The notes beneath the pieces are model-generated. The model did not search any database. It had not been told where the DNA came from and worked only from the letters and a program-made list of their open reading frames with translations. The translations under genes and the position numbers were made by a program. Positions 36,594 through 46,542 of a stretch of 64,000 nt of DNA are shown here, one piece after another. The stretch is from positions 1-64,000 of IMG/VR virus record IMGVR_UViG_3300046463_000247; one strand, 5' to 3'. Origin of the DNA: a virus. How positions within the stretch are numbered: the stretch's first letter is position 1; every line of letters begins with the position of its first letter.

Positions 36594-37598
36594 TTACGGA
36601 CGCACCACCACGCCGAACGGCAGGTTCTCTGCATCGTCCAGTGTCCAGTCCCCGCCGCCCGGAGCCTTGTCGTAGAAGGCGTAGTACATGGCCCAGTCCG
36701 TACTCAGGGTCGGTTGCACCACTTCCAGTTGCGCGCCGGGTCCGCCGAACACCATGCCCAGCTTGCGGTTGTCGATGTCAGTCTTCTTCGCCTGGGCGAT
36801 CAGGCCCACGGCCAGCACCTGCGAGCCATCGGGCAGGGCAGCGGACGACGAGAAGAGGTCCATCGCGCCGCTCACGCCAGACTGGATGTACTTGCTGCCG
36901 TCAGCGGGCAGGGAGTTCACCATCTTGTAGTGATCGCTGCCGGTGGACGGGCTCCATACCGGGGGCGCGCTGCCGCCCGAGATCACATAGTCCGCGTCAG
37001 GCAGGCGCGTCGTGATCTGCATCGGGTGCATGCGGCTGTTGATGCCCGAGGACGCGTCGCACGTGTAGAAGTCGGTGTAGCGCAGTTCGGTCGCCTTGGT
37101 CGCGTCGTACGCGCCGTTCGGAGCCAGCACCAGGTCATACGAGGTCTGCGCGGCAATCGCCGGATCGAGGTCAGCGGATACGTCTAGCGAGTCGTTGACG
37201 TAAATGTTCAGCTTCTTGTTCGCGCGGTCCACTTCCAGTTCGTAGTAGTACCAGACGTTGCGCGCTGGGATCGCCGTGCCGTTGACGCTGCCAACCGAGA
37301 TTCCGGCGTGCCAGTCGAGTTTGACGCCCGCGATGCTCGCGATAGGCGCGCGCTCGGTGCCCTTGAACGCGAAGCCCACCCAGAACATGTTGGCGTTGGT
37401 GTTGATGGTGCGCCGCACGCCGGGCGCTGCCGCAGCCGTCGCCTGCTGGAAGGTGAGCGCGGTCGAGTTTGCGATGCGCCCCGGCTGAAGCGCGACGTTC
37501 GGCACCGGGTTGACCCAGCCCGCATTTGCCAGCGCAATCGCCAAATTCGAAGCGGAGAGCCCATTGAACTGGGCAAAGCCATCCATGTGGAGAATCAT
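36594..37598 (-). CDS. tail structural protein (lectin-like fold)
   Basis: MDGF..WYYYELE..TDFY..QITTRLP. Confidence 0.7.
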   Translation of the reverse strand: MILHMDGFAQFNGLSASNLAIALANAGWVNPVPNVALQPGRIANSTALTFQQATAAAAPGVRRTINTNANMFWVGFAFKGTERAPIASIAGVKLDWHAGISVGSVNGTAIPARNVWYYYELEVDRANKKLNIYVNDSLDVSADLDPAIAAQTSYDLVLAPNGAYDATKATELRYTDFYTCDASSGINSRMHPMQITTRLPDADYVISGGSAPPVWSPSTGSDHYKMVNSLPADGSKYIQSGVSGAMDLFSSSAALPDGSQVLAVGLIAQAKKTDIDNRKLGMVFGGPGAQLEVVQPTLSTDWAMYYAFYDKAPGGGDWTLDDAENLPFGVVVRP

Positions 37599-37601
37599 CT
37601 G

Positions 37602-38336
37602 TTACCCCAGCAGCGTAAGCCGCAAATTGATGCCGATATTCTGAAAACTGTCCGGGATTTCGTTCGGACAAAGCAGGCTGAGTGCGTCACCCAATGCGAA
37701 GACCGTCGAGGTCGCCACGGAGAAGACGCCATTCACCCCATCCTTCGGGAAGGTGATCGTGCCGACCTTCACCAGCGCCCGCTCAATCGTGATGATCACG
37801 TCATCTTCTACGAGCGGTTGCATCAAAATTGCGGCCGATCCCTGCGCATTGGGCGGCAGTATAGCGGGTTGCAAGTTCGGAATAAACATAATCCGCTCGC
37901 CCGGATTCGGCTTAAACATGGCCGAACAGCCGTACTGGAGATAGTGATTCTGGGCGGGCGGGCCGGTCTGATCGACGGGCGCTCCGGTGCCTGCATCGAG
38001 CCACGCCTTGCCGTCGAACCACACCAGCTTGTCGTCCAGCGTCTTGACACGGAACTGCCACCCGTAGGACGGTTTGAAGAACTTCCACTGGCCTTCGATC
38101 TTCACCGCGACTTCGAGGTCATGGCCGGACCACGCCTGCACGGAGTTCGGCGCACAGATGAAGCGGTCCCCTTCGAGCGCGGTCTGCGGCGGCTGCGCGA
38201 GCGTGATCGACTGCACCGCGCCGTGTAGCAGGGTGTCGATCTTGACCATGTTCTCGGTCATCGGCCCACCCCAACCGTTTTCCCCCGTGACCCAACCTTC
38301 GGACAAGCCTAGGTTGGGCGCTTTCTTTTCTGGCAT
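37602..38336 (-). CDS. DUF2793-domain tail protein
   Basis: PP....GDRFI......AWSGH...A.....W.F..P..GW. Confidence 0.75.
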   Translation of the reverse strand: MPEKKAPNLGLSEGWVTGENGWGGPMTENMVKIDTLLHGAVQSITLAQPPQTALEGDRFICAPNSVQAWSGHDLEVAVKIEGQWKFFKPSYGWQFRVKTLDDKLVWFDGKAWLDAGTGAPVDQTGPPAQNHYLQYGCSAMFKPNPGERIMFIPNLQPAILPPNAQGSAAILMQPLVEDDVIITIERALVKVGTITFPKDGVNGVFSVATSTVFALGDALSLLCPNEIPDSFQNIGINLRLTLLG

Positions 38337-41300
38337 TTAAGGCTCCGTTGGGTTTTCTACAAAAGGTTCGCCCTTATCCCACCCGCGCGACCAGTTCAGA
38401 CCCCAGCCATACTCCTGCGGGGGCAGTCCACCGCCACCGTTACCGGAGCCCGGGTCACCGTCAGGTGGCGGGTTGTGCGGGTCAGCCGGGTTGTTCTCGT
38501 CGGGCGGCGTATTGCTCGTGCTGTCCGGGTTGTGCGGGTCCGGCGTGCCGGGGCTCGGGTTGCTGCCTGGCGGGCCGGGCGGCGGGTAGGGCGGCGGTGC
38601 GGTCGGGTACGACGGCCACGGCCCGCTCGAACTGGGCTCCTGACCAGGAGGCGTCTGGTACGGACCGACCACGAACACCCACATGTCGTACGGTTGCCAG
38701 CATTCGATGCCGTCGCGGATCGACTCCAGCCGCAGCAGCAACGCGTGGTTGTCGTCCAGATTGGGCTTGGGCGAGATCGCCATCCCGTTCTTGACCAGGT
38801 TGTCGTAGTCGATCTGGATCGCCGCGCGCCGGTCGTAGTAGGCCGCGTCGAACGCGTACTCCATGCTGTGCCCGGTCAGCCCGGCATAGGTGCGTAGCGT
38901 GATCAGCCCGGTCGGCCCCTGCGTCATCACGCGCACGCGGTAGGTCGTGCCGTTCTCTTCAGCCACGTCCGGGTCGGTGTGGCCGTAGGGCGTCATCTGC
39001 TGGGTAATGCGGTTGCGGCCCACCCAGGACAGCGTGATACCGCCGTCGCTGATGACTGCGCTGTCGAACCACGGGCGCGGACCCTGCGTGCCGTCCTTCA
39101 TCGAGCGCTGGCCGCTCACCACCACCTGCGCGGGCGGGTAGGGGCGGGTCTGGCGCGCGCTCGCGATCACGAGGATGCGGGTGTCCGACTGGGGCACCGT
39201 CATACCGGGAAGGTCGGGCATGAACGCGAGGTACACCTTGTCCTCGAAGTAGTGCGCCTTGCCGTCGTCCGCCCAGTTGCAGATTGTCTGCCAGCGCCAG
39301 GCGAGCGTACCCGCGCCGTGGATCGCCGGGATCGTGTCGTAGCAGCCACGCTGAATGCCCACCACGCCGTGCGCGGGGTCCACCGACGTGATCACGACAA
39401 GCTCCAGCCCGAGGAACAGCATGTCGCCGACTGCCCAGCCGGTGCCCGCGAGGGTCGGGCAGTACATGAAGGCGTCCAGTTGCTTGATGTTCTGGCGTAT
39501 CGGCACACCGTCCTGCCGGAACACCAGCGGGTAGCCTTCGACCTTGGCGACGCCGGTCGTGAACGGGTACGACGCGTCACTGGTGACGAACTGCTTGGTC
39601 CCGTCCGTGTAGGCCAGCTTGTAGCCGGGGCAGGGGTACTTGCGGTCGTTGATCGAGTTGGTGCCGATGTACGAGATACGCGGGTTAGCCAGCCGCAGCG
39701 TGTCCGCCGCGCCGGAGATCGACGCGAGCGGGGCGTAGGGAATCTCGTAGGCGATGGCCGTCTGGTTGTAGCGCAGCCCCGGTGAGCCGGGCACGGGTTG
39801 GCCGTCCCACAGCGAGGGGTCCACGAGGACGATGGCGGTGCGGTAGGGCTGGTAGCTCTCGTAGCCGTCCGGGCTCACGGTCGTCAGTTCGACCTGCACG
39901 ACCTGCGGCGTGTGGTAGTCCACGCCATTCGGGCCGGGGTACTTCTCGCACAGCATCTTCTGGTCAAGCTGCGCCTGGTACGCCGAATAGAAGTAGAACG
40001 GGTCGGTGCCCTGGTAGTCTGCCAGTACGTCGTCGCCCGCCTTCATGGTGAGCCGGTAGAAGCAGCCGGGCTCCAGATTGCAATCAGTTGCAAAATGGTC
40101 CACCACCGTCGTCGCCTGGGACAGCCGGTCACGGGGCTCCCACGTGAAGATCGTGTCGTAACCCTTCTGCACGTTCGCGCCGACAAACCACGGGTTATCG
40201 TTGATGCGGAACAGACCGGGCGGGTAGGGCCGGTGGCTGCGCGCTTCGATCAGTTCCGGCATGACGCCGGTCTCGTACACCTGCTGCTGATGCGCGATCA
40301 GGTCGGTATTGACGGTCTGGTCTTCGAGGTAGTTGCGCCCGTCACTGCCCAGCGCGTTGCGCTCGAAGAACCACATGGTCGTGCCGCTCGCGTGCGACGC
40401 CGGGATCGTGTCGAGACAGCCGCGCTTGAGCTTGATCGAGCCGTGCGCGAAGTCGATGTCCACCACCTGCACGACTTCCGCATTACGCCCGTTACTGGCT
40501 TCCGAGAGCATCGCCAGCGCGCCCGGCTTCATGCCGCCCAGTGACGTGCCGTCGCGGAAATAGACCTGCGTGTCGAATGGCTTGATGTCCTTGGGGATCA
40601 GCGCGCCGCTCTGGTTGTACGTCGGGGGCCAGCCGGTGACCGTCGCAGCCGGGGCGAACGTCGCGGTGGCCCGCTCCCGTAAAGTCTCACCTGAGCCCTG
40701 CACCGCTGTTGCCACGCCGTAGTCGGAGCCCGTGATGGTCTTCGGGTCGCGCAGCATCGCCGTGCCCACCTGATACGAGAGGTCAGCGCGTCCCGCCGCC
40801 AGAGCGCTGTAGTAGGCCCACTCGTAGATAAAACCTGCGGATAGTCGCGTCTGGTTGTCCGGGGCATCGGGCGGCACAATCAGGCCACCGTCATCCCACT
40901 GGGCGGGACTCGCCAATATCCGCATTAGCTGTTTTGCTTGCATCTGGTCCAGTGTGATCGTGAACGGCATGCTGTAGCCCTGCCAGGACTCCCAGCCGTC
41001 ACGCACCGAATACAGCGCCACCCCGAGACCGTGGCTCGTGCCCGGCTCGGTGATGTTCGACCGGAACCAGTCGTACGGCAGTTCGAAGTGGTTGTCGGTC
41101 GTGGAGAACGACGCGAACTTGACCCCGTTCGAACCGTACAGGTCGATCACGTACTGCACGCCCGCTTCCGGCCCGATGTCGCCCATCAGGTGATCAATCA
41201 CCTTGTCATTCTGGCCGACCCGATCCCGGTGCGCCCACGTGAGGTTCAGGCCCGTGGTATCCCCGCTGCCACCGACAATCGCGCCCGCATAGAACGGGTT

Positions 41301-41717
41301 GCCGTTGATCTTCACGTTGCCCGGCGCGTACGGGCGCACAAACCGCGCGTCGAACGTGACACCGTAGACCGGCGATTCATCCATCGGGAGTTTGTTGCTC
41401 GTCGTGCGCGGCAGCACCTTCACGGCGATGCTTTCACCCTGGGCATATTCCCGGCTGTCCGTGCCGATGTAGTCCTGGTAGAACCAGATTTGAGCGGAGC
41501 GGGTCCAGCGCTGGGGCACCGTGTCAAGGCACCCCCGCGCGATGGTGAGAATCCCCGTGTCGGGGTTCCACCCGTCCACCCGTACGATCTCAGCGTTGCG
41601 CGCCGCGCCGATCATGGCCGCGTGCCCCACTGCGATGTTTTCGGGGTTGGCGATACTCGACAGGCTGATCGTCGTATCCAGCCAGTAAATATCGCGGTTT
41701 AGAACGGCATTAGCCAC
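38337..41717 (-). CDS. tail tip protein C-terminal part, three tandem repeat modules
   Basis: RGC(L/Y)DT.P ... RPY(A/P)P x3; Pro-rich C-tail. Confidence 0.75.
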   Translation of the reverse strand: MANAVLNRDIYWLDTTISLSSIANPENIAVGHAAMIGAARNAEIVRVDGWNPDTGILTIARGCLDTVPQRWTRSAQIWFYQDYIGTDSREYAQGESIAVKVLPRTTSNKLPMDESPVYGVTFDARFVRPYAPGNVKINGNPFYAGAIVGGSGDTTGLNLTWAHRDRVGQNDKVIDHLMGDIGPEAGVQYVIDLYGSNGVKFASFSTTDNHFELPYDWFRSNITEPGTSHGLGVALYSVRDGWESWQGYSMPFTITLDQMQAKQLMRILASPAQWDDGGLIVPPDAPDNQTRLSAGFIYEWAYYSALAAGRADLSYQVGTAMLRDPKTITGSDYGVATAVQGSGETLRERATATFAPAATVTGWPPTYNQSGALIPKDIKPFDTQVYFRDGTSLGGMKPGALAMLSEASNGRNAEVVQVVDIDFAHGSIKLKRGCLDTIPASHASGTTMWFFERNALGSDGRNYLEDQTVNTDLIAHQQQVYETGVMPELIEARSHRPYPPGLFRINDNPWFVGANVQKGYDTIFTWEPRDRLSQATTVVDHFATDCNLEPGCFYRLTMKAGDDVLADYQGTDPFYFYSAYQAQLDQKMLCEKYPGPNGVDYHTPQVVQVELTTVSPDGYESYQPYRTAIVLVDPSLWDGQPVPGSPGLRYNQTAIAYEIPYAPLASISGAADTLRLANPRISYIGTNSINDRKYPCPGYKLAYTDGTKQFVTSDASYPFTTGVAKVEGYPLVFRQDGVPIRQNIKQLDAFMYCPTLAGTGWAVGDMLFLGLELVVITSVDPAHGVVGIQRGCYDTIPAIHGAGTLAWRWQTICNWADDGKAHYFEDKVYLAFMPDLPGMTVPQSDTRILVIASARQTRPYPPAQVVVSGQRSMKDGTQGPRPWFDSAVISDGGITLSWVGRNRITQQMTPYGHTDPDVAEENGTTYRVRVMTQGPTGLITLRTYAGLTGHSMEYAFDAAYYDRRAAIQIDYDNLVKNGMAISPKPNLDDNHALLLRLESIRDGIECWQPYDMWVFVVGPYQTPPGQEPSSSGPWPSYPTAPPPYPPPGPPGSNPSPGTPDPHNPDSTSNTPPDENNPADPHNPPPDGDPGSGNGGGGLPPQEYGWGLNWSRGWDKGEPFVENPTEP

Positions 41718-43233
41718 TTATCGTCCCATCCATCGTTGCTCGCGGAGCAAAGGCACCCTGCCCGCGTTCGGTGTAGCTGGTTTCTCCAGCCGCTTGTACT
41801 GCAATCTTGTAGTTCAGTGTGTTCGCAGACGGCGACAGCGCGGACACGCCGAGGTAGCACGAGGTGTCGCTGATCGTGTTGAACACGGCGGGTTGCAGGT
41901 TGTGTCGCAGGTCCGCATACGGCACCTCGAAGGCCATGAACTCTGCCGGTTTGGCGATAGGGTCAGGCGGTGACCAGTCCGGCTGCTGCGGCACCACGAA
42001 GGCGGTCTTCGGCATGCCAAACACGTCCTGCACGGCGGTGATCGTGATCGTGCCGTCCTGCACGGTGCCATCGTCAATCTTGCCAACGCGCAGGATCATT
42101 TCGCCGACGCCCCGGAACGGGTCGGCAATCCTGAAGACGCCCGCAGGCGGAATCTTCCAGCCACGGCGGTCGAGCTTGACGGTCAGCCGCTTCAGGCCCG
42201 GCGCGTTGGTGCGCAGGTCCCGCTGGGCCAGCCGGGTCGCCAGTTCGGCGGTTGGCACGCCTGCATAGGTCTTCTGGGTCGAGACGATCTGCCCGCCTGA
42301 CTGCACCATTGCGAGGTTCTGCACGCGTACCTGGCGGTCGCTATCGGTGATCGGGTCGTGGTACGTGACGATGATCTCGTTCGCCCCGCCCGGAATGGTC
42401 GCGGTATTGAACTCGTCAATCGACAGCAGGCCCGAGTTGTAGTCGAACAGCGGCAGCGTCGCTGGGTCGTAGTCGTCTCGGATCAGCGCCAGCGTGATCT
42501 CGCCGGACGCGCGGTCGCCGTACAGCGCCCCGCCGCACATGTCGAGCACGGTCTGGATGAAGTTGCCGATGGAGTCGGAGCGGGTCCAGCGCATGCACAG
42601 TCCCAGACCCTCGTCGTACAGCTTGTCCGCGCAGTCGAGGAATGACTGGTTGTTGATCAGCGACGCGGGCAGGCCCCGGCCCCACTCCTGGTTGGTCAGG
42701 CACTCATAGATGATGTGGGCGGGGTTCATCGCCATGATCTTGTTCAGGTCGAGGTGACCTTCCCACCCTGCCCCGCTCGTCGTCTTGCCCTTCTGGTCGA
42801 GCCAGATGATTGCCTTGGTGACGTTCCACGGCTCGTCGTTCATCCACCCTTTCAGCGCGCGGCGCATACGGAACGCCCACGGCTTCGGGTACGGGTTCAT
42901 CGCGCAGACTTCGCCGTCGAAGACGACCGTATAGACGCCACGGAAGGCGGGCAGCACCTTGCCGATCAGCCCTTGCAGCCAGCCGTTCACGCCCTGGGCC
43001 GCTTCGCCGCACATGACGGTCAGCTTGCCCTTGATGCCGCCCTCGCCGGAGTCGCCGCCGAACAGGTCGCCCTTGTCGATGTTGATGTCGCCGTTGTCGC
43101 GCAGCGAGCCGGTGAACAGCAGCTTGTCGCCGACCTTGATCTGGCAAACCTCGTCCAATGGACCTCGCGCCAGGCCCATGTGCATCGTCATGTAGTAACG
43201 ATACCCAATTGTGGGATCAAACCCGCATGCCAT
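41710..43233 (-). CDS. tail tip/hub protein N-terminal part
   Basis: LFGG..EGG, PAFRG, MNPAHIIYECLTN..WG.G. Confidence 0.8.
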   Translation of the reverse strand: MACGFDPTIGYRYYMTMHMGLARGPLDEVCQIKVGDKLLFTGSLRDNGDINIDKGDLFGGDSGEGGIKGKLTVMCGEAAQGVNGWLQGLIGKVLPAFRGVYTVVFDGEVCAMNPYPKPWAFRMRRALKGWMNDEPWNVTKAIIWLDQKGKTTSGAGWEGHLDLNKIMAMNPAHIIYECLTNQEWGRGLPASLINNQSFLDCADKLYDEGLGLCMRWTRSDSIGNFIQTVLDMCGGALYGDRASGEITLALIRDDYDPATLPLFDYNSGLLSIDEFNTATIPGGANEIIVTYHDPITDSDRQVRVQNLAMVQSGGQIVSTQKTYAGVPTAELATRLAQRDLRTNAPGLKRLTVKLDRRGWKIPPAGVFRIADPFRGVGEMILRVGKIDDGTVQDGTITITAVQDVFGMPKTAFVVPQQPDWSPPDPIAKPAEFMAFEVPYADLRHNLQPAVFNTISDTSCYLGVSALSPSANTLNYKIAVQAAGETSYTERGQGAFAPRATMDGTISG

Positions 43234-43480
43234 CCTGTACTCCCTGTTCAGCGGCTGCGCGGGCCGTTGCAATCAATTGCAAAGCCAGCACGTCCTTCGT
43301 CTTGTCCAAAATCTCGGATGCCATCACGCCCCGCTGCACGAACTTCCGCCAGTCGAGCCCGCGCTGTTCCGCCCACTGCCTGCCGCCTGAGACACATACC
43401 TTCTGCCCGCCGATGCGCACCATGCGCATGTGCGTCGTGGTGACCAGCACGTCTTCGAGCCCATCCTGAGCCAGTGCCAT
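43217..43480 (-). CDS. small tail assembly protein
   Basis: C..G.RQW..RGLDW..F...G. Confidence 0.7.
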   Translation of the reverse strand: MALAQDGLEDVLVTTTHMRMVRIGGQKVCVSGGRQWAEQRGLDWRKFVQRGVMASEILDKTKDVLALQLIATARAAAEQGVQDGMRV

Positions 43481-43492
43481 TGCGCCCTCCCC

Positions 43493-43732
43493 TTACTTCT
43501 TGCCGCCAGAAGACTTCACCTCGGACGTGCGGAAGTTGCCATACCACAGCACCATCCAGTCCGCCGAGTTGCAGTCTCCGAAGACGACGCACTGCGGCGT
43601 GCCTTCCTGCGGCTGCGGCAGCGAGAAGTCCTGAAGCGAGGCGGGCTTGGGCTCGGCGGGCTTCGGCTGAAGTGCCACCGACAGCACCATGCACACGACC
43701 ATAATCGCTAGGTAAATCAGGATAACTGGCAT
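43493..43732 (-). CDS. small tail assembly protein
   Basis: Hydrophobic N-terminus; PQ..EG.PQ.VVFGD..V.WYG. Confidence 0.7.
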   Translation of the reverse strand: MPVILIYLAIMVVCMVLSVALQPKPAEPKPASLQDFSLPQPQEGTPQCVVFGDCNSADWMVLWYGNFRTSEVKSSGGKK

Positions 43733-43744
43733 GTTCTTAGATCC

Positions 43745-45136
43745 TTAGAAAACCGGGTCGCCATCATACGGGCTTTTGCCGGGCAAGTACGGAACGCCGC
43801 CGTAGTTGTCGGCGTTATTGAACTTGTTCGCACAGGTCAGGATCGTGCGGTCACAGCCCGCGTACACCTGGATCACCTGCCCGCCCTCGAAGCCGTCACT
43901 GAAGCCCAGCAGCGAGAGCTTGGTGCCCTGGTGCCAGTCGATGCCGCGCCGCTCGGGGACGCCCTGGGCGATCTGCCATTCCACGAACCCGCCGTCAAAC
44001 CAGCCGTCCGGCAGGCGACCGACTTCGGGGCAGTCAAGCTGGCCCTGGGCCGCGAGGCCGATGGTTGCGGTGATCTTGTAGGTCGCCTTGTTCACCTTGC
44101 ATGAGTTCTGGTCGTACAGCACGTGCGGGCACATGCGCGACCAGCACAGCCGCAGCCCGTTGGCTTGGAAGCTGGAGCCGATGTTCTCGCACGAGATAAC
44201 CAGCGACCCGGGCGTCGGGCGGTCCGCGCTCGTGATCGTGCCGACGTACACGGCAATCGGGGCCTCCACACTGCCCCACTGCCAGCGCCTTACGCGAATC
44301 CAGACGTTGCCGCTCGGTGGGGTGCCGACGAACAGCGCCGCGATCTCGGTGTCGGCCTGCATCGTGACCTTCAGCGTGTCCGCGCCTGGGCCGCTGATCT
44401 TGATCCCGTCGTCGCTGATCTGGACCCCCTTGTAGGTGATCCCATAGGTGACGTTCGGGTCCGGCTGGGTCTGGACCGCCAGCGTGACTTCGGTGTACGC
44501 GTAGGGGTCACCAGACGGCGTAAAGAGGGTGGCGTCCTGGCCCGCGTACCGCTCGGTGCCATTGCCCTCGCCCACGCCCGGCACGCCCACGAGGATGTAG
44601 GAACTGCGGTACTGGATCGCGTCGAGTGTGCTGCCCCGCGCGCCGCAGCGAATGAGGGCCGCGCGCAGTCCCGGGGTAAGGTTGGACTGGGGCTCGTCGC
44701 CCGTCCAGATGATCACCGTCACACCTGAGTCCAGATGGTTCAGGTCCGTGCCGAGGCGGTCGGCTTCCGTCGCGCCGGGCGTACCGGTCTGCACGTTGTC
44801 GTAGGCGTCCACGAAGACGAACTCGCCGTTCGGGTCGATATAGCCCATGTGCCATGAGCGGTGCTTCCAGCCCGCGTACTTCGCGCCGGACTGCGGGTCG
44901 TACACGCCCATGGCGTCTGCGAACGCGTTGTTGCCACCGTTCCACGAGAAGCCCGCCGACACAATGCGGAGATTGACCGTCTTCGGGGTCGGGCGCGGGG
45001 GTCCGCCAATCGTGATGTCGCGGTCCGCCTGCGCATAGAACCACGTCTTGCCGTAGCGCATGAATTCGTATAGCTGGACCTCATAGGACTGGTGATTCGA
45101 GGTTTCGCTTGTGGAGTACTGATAGCCGCCTGCCAT
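43745..45136 (-). CDS. DUF2163/BR0599-type tail protein with inserted ILEI/GG lectin-like domain
   Basis: CPHVLYD..C, GCDRT..TC..KFNN..NYGG.PY.P; ATG 45136. Confidence 0.8.
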   Translation of the reverse strand: MAGGYQYSTSETSNHQSYEVQLYEFMRYGKTWFYAQADRDITIGGPPRPTPKTVNLRIVSAGFSWNGGNNAFADAMGVYDPQSGAKYAGWKHRSWHMGYIDPNGEFVFVDAYDNVQTGTPGATEADRLGTDLNHLDSGVTVIIWTGDEPQSNLTPGLRAALIRCGARGSTLDAIQYRSSYILVGVPGVGEGNGTERYAGQDATLFTPSGDPYAYTEVTLAVQTQPDPNVTYGITYKGVQISDDGIKISGPGADTLKVTMQADTEIAALFVGTPPSGNVWIRVRRWQWGSVEAPIAVYVGTITSADRPTPGSLVISCENIGSSFQANGLRLCWSRMCPHVLYDQNSCKVNKATYKITATIGLAAQGQLDCPEVGRLPDGWFDGGFVEWQIAQGVPERRGIDWHQGTKLSLLGFSDGFEGGQVIQVYAGCDRTILTCANKFNNADNYGGVPYLPGKSPYDGDPVF

Positions 45137-45144
45137 GGGTCGCC

Positions 45145-46542
45145 TTATGGGTTGGGGAACATCGCGGGCATCAGGTTCGTGTCCCACAACCGGTCTGGCT
45201 GCGGCCATTCGGCCACATCCCGGATCGGCCACGGGCCATCGTTACTTGCTGCCTGCTGGTTGCGGTTCTCGAACGTTTCCTTGAACGTGAGCACCACATC
45301 AGCTACGCCGTTCACATCCGTAATGTGTTCGATCTCAATCTGGTCCTGATCCAGACGCACGAGAACCAGGAGGCAAATCTTGCGGATTTCCTCAATCTGG
45401 TAGTCCTTGTCGAGCGTCGAATCGAGGGTGAGCCATTCTACAGATTCCTCGGCGCGCGAAGCAATGACGCGGCGGTAAACGGGCGGTTTTCCGACGAAAA
45501 AGATTGCGATGTAGGTCGAGGTGCCCTGGTCGAAACCGTACTGCGTGTAGCCACACTTCTTCACGCAGATAGCCCCGTCCACGCGCATGAGCGGCTTCTG
45601 GAGCACGAAGTCTTCGTTCCACGACGGCACGTAGAACGGGTGCCGCGAGCCGCGCACGCCGTGCAGGAACATCAGCATCGCGTAGTAGTCGGCGACGCCG
45701 TACAGGGTGTAGCGGAACTGCAAGCTGGCCCGGCCATAGCGCGCGGTCGTGTATTCGAACGGCAGCGCCACCTGCTGATCCAGCTTGTCGAGCAGGTAGG
45801 TGTAGCCGTTGGTCTGGTCCTCGCGTTCATTGGGCGGGATCGCCATCACCTCGAAGACGTTCAGCGAGTTCTGGAGAATCGCGGGCGGCACCACGGTCGG
45901 CTCCATCAGCCTGAAGCGCAGTTGCGCCCTCGAAATGGTGGACGTGGTGCGGGTGATCTGCGGGTCGGTGTCGAGTCGTGCGACCTTGAGCGGGAACACG
46001 CGGGTGCCAGCAGGCCACGACCGGGCGTTCGGGCTGATCGTCCACGGCCCGGGGATGTTGCCCTCGTAGCCGCCGATGCGCACGAGTTCGAAGTCCGTCA
46101 GGTAGTTGCCCAGAATCAGCATCATCGTGCCGGGCATCACGTCCGGCCACGCCCCCACCCCGACATTCATCGTCGTGCTGGCCGGTCGCAGCGACTCCAC
46201 CAAGTTCAGCCCCTCGTGCCACATGGGCAGCAGCCAGTCAGATTCGTGCGCACGCTGAAGCGACAGGTCCATCGCCACGCGGTACTCGTCGTAGACCAGG
46301 TATTCGGCTTCGAGCATGCGACGCGGCGCAAGCCGTTTGGCGTTGCGCTGTTCGGCCCCGATGGGGTTGTCCAGGATGTCCGTCAGGAACTGGTACGTCT
46401 CGGTGACGCTGTTATCCCAGTTGGGCGGCACCAGCCATACCGGCAGGTTGGCGACCGCCGCGAACGACGGGATGGGCGGGATTTCCCCGCTCCACGCGTC
46501 CTGTGGGTAAGGCTGTACGTCACTCCATGTTTGCCACGTCAT
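45145..46542 (-). CDS. distal tail-like protein
   Basis: Directly after tape measure; PNW..V.ETY.FLTDI..G.EQR. Confidence 0.7.
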   Translation of the reverse strand: MTWQTWSDVQPYPQDAWSGEIPPIPSFAAVANLPVWLVPPNWDNSVTETYQFLTDILDNPIGAEQRNAKRLAPRRMLEAEYLVYDEYRVAMDLSLQRAHESDWLLPMWHEGLNLVESLRPASTTMNVGVGAWPDVMPGTMMLILGNYLTDFELVRIGGYEGNIPGPWTISPNARSWPAGTRVFPLKVARLDTDPQITRTTSTISRAQLRFRLMEPTVVPPAILQNSLNVFEVMAIPPNEREDQTNGYTYLLDKLDQQVALPFEYTTARYGRASLQFRYTLYGVADYYAMLMFLHGVRGSRHPFYVPSWNEDFVLQKPLMRVDGAICVKKCGYTQYGFDQGTSTYIAIFFVGKPPVYRRVIASRAEESVEWLTLDSTLDKDYQIEEIRKICLLVLVRLDQDQIEIEHITDVNGVADVVLTFKETFENRNQQAASNDGPWPIRDVAEWPQPDRLWDTNLMPAMFPNP

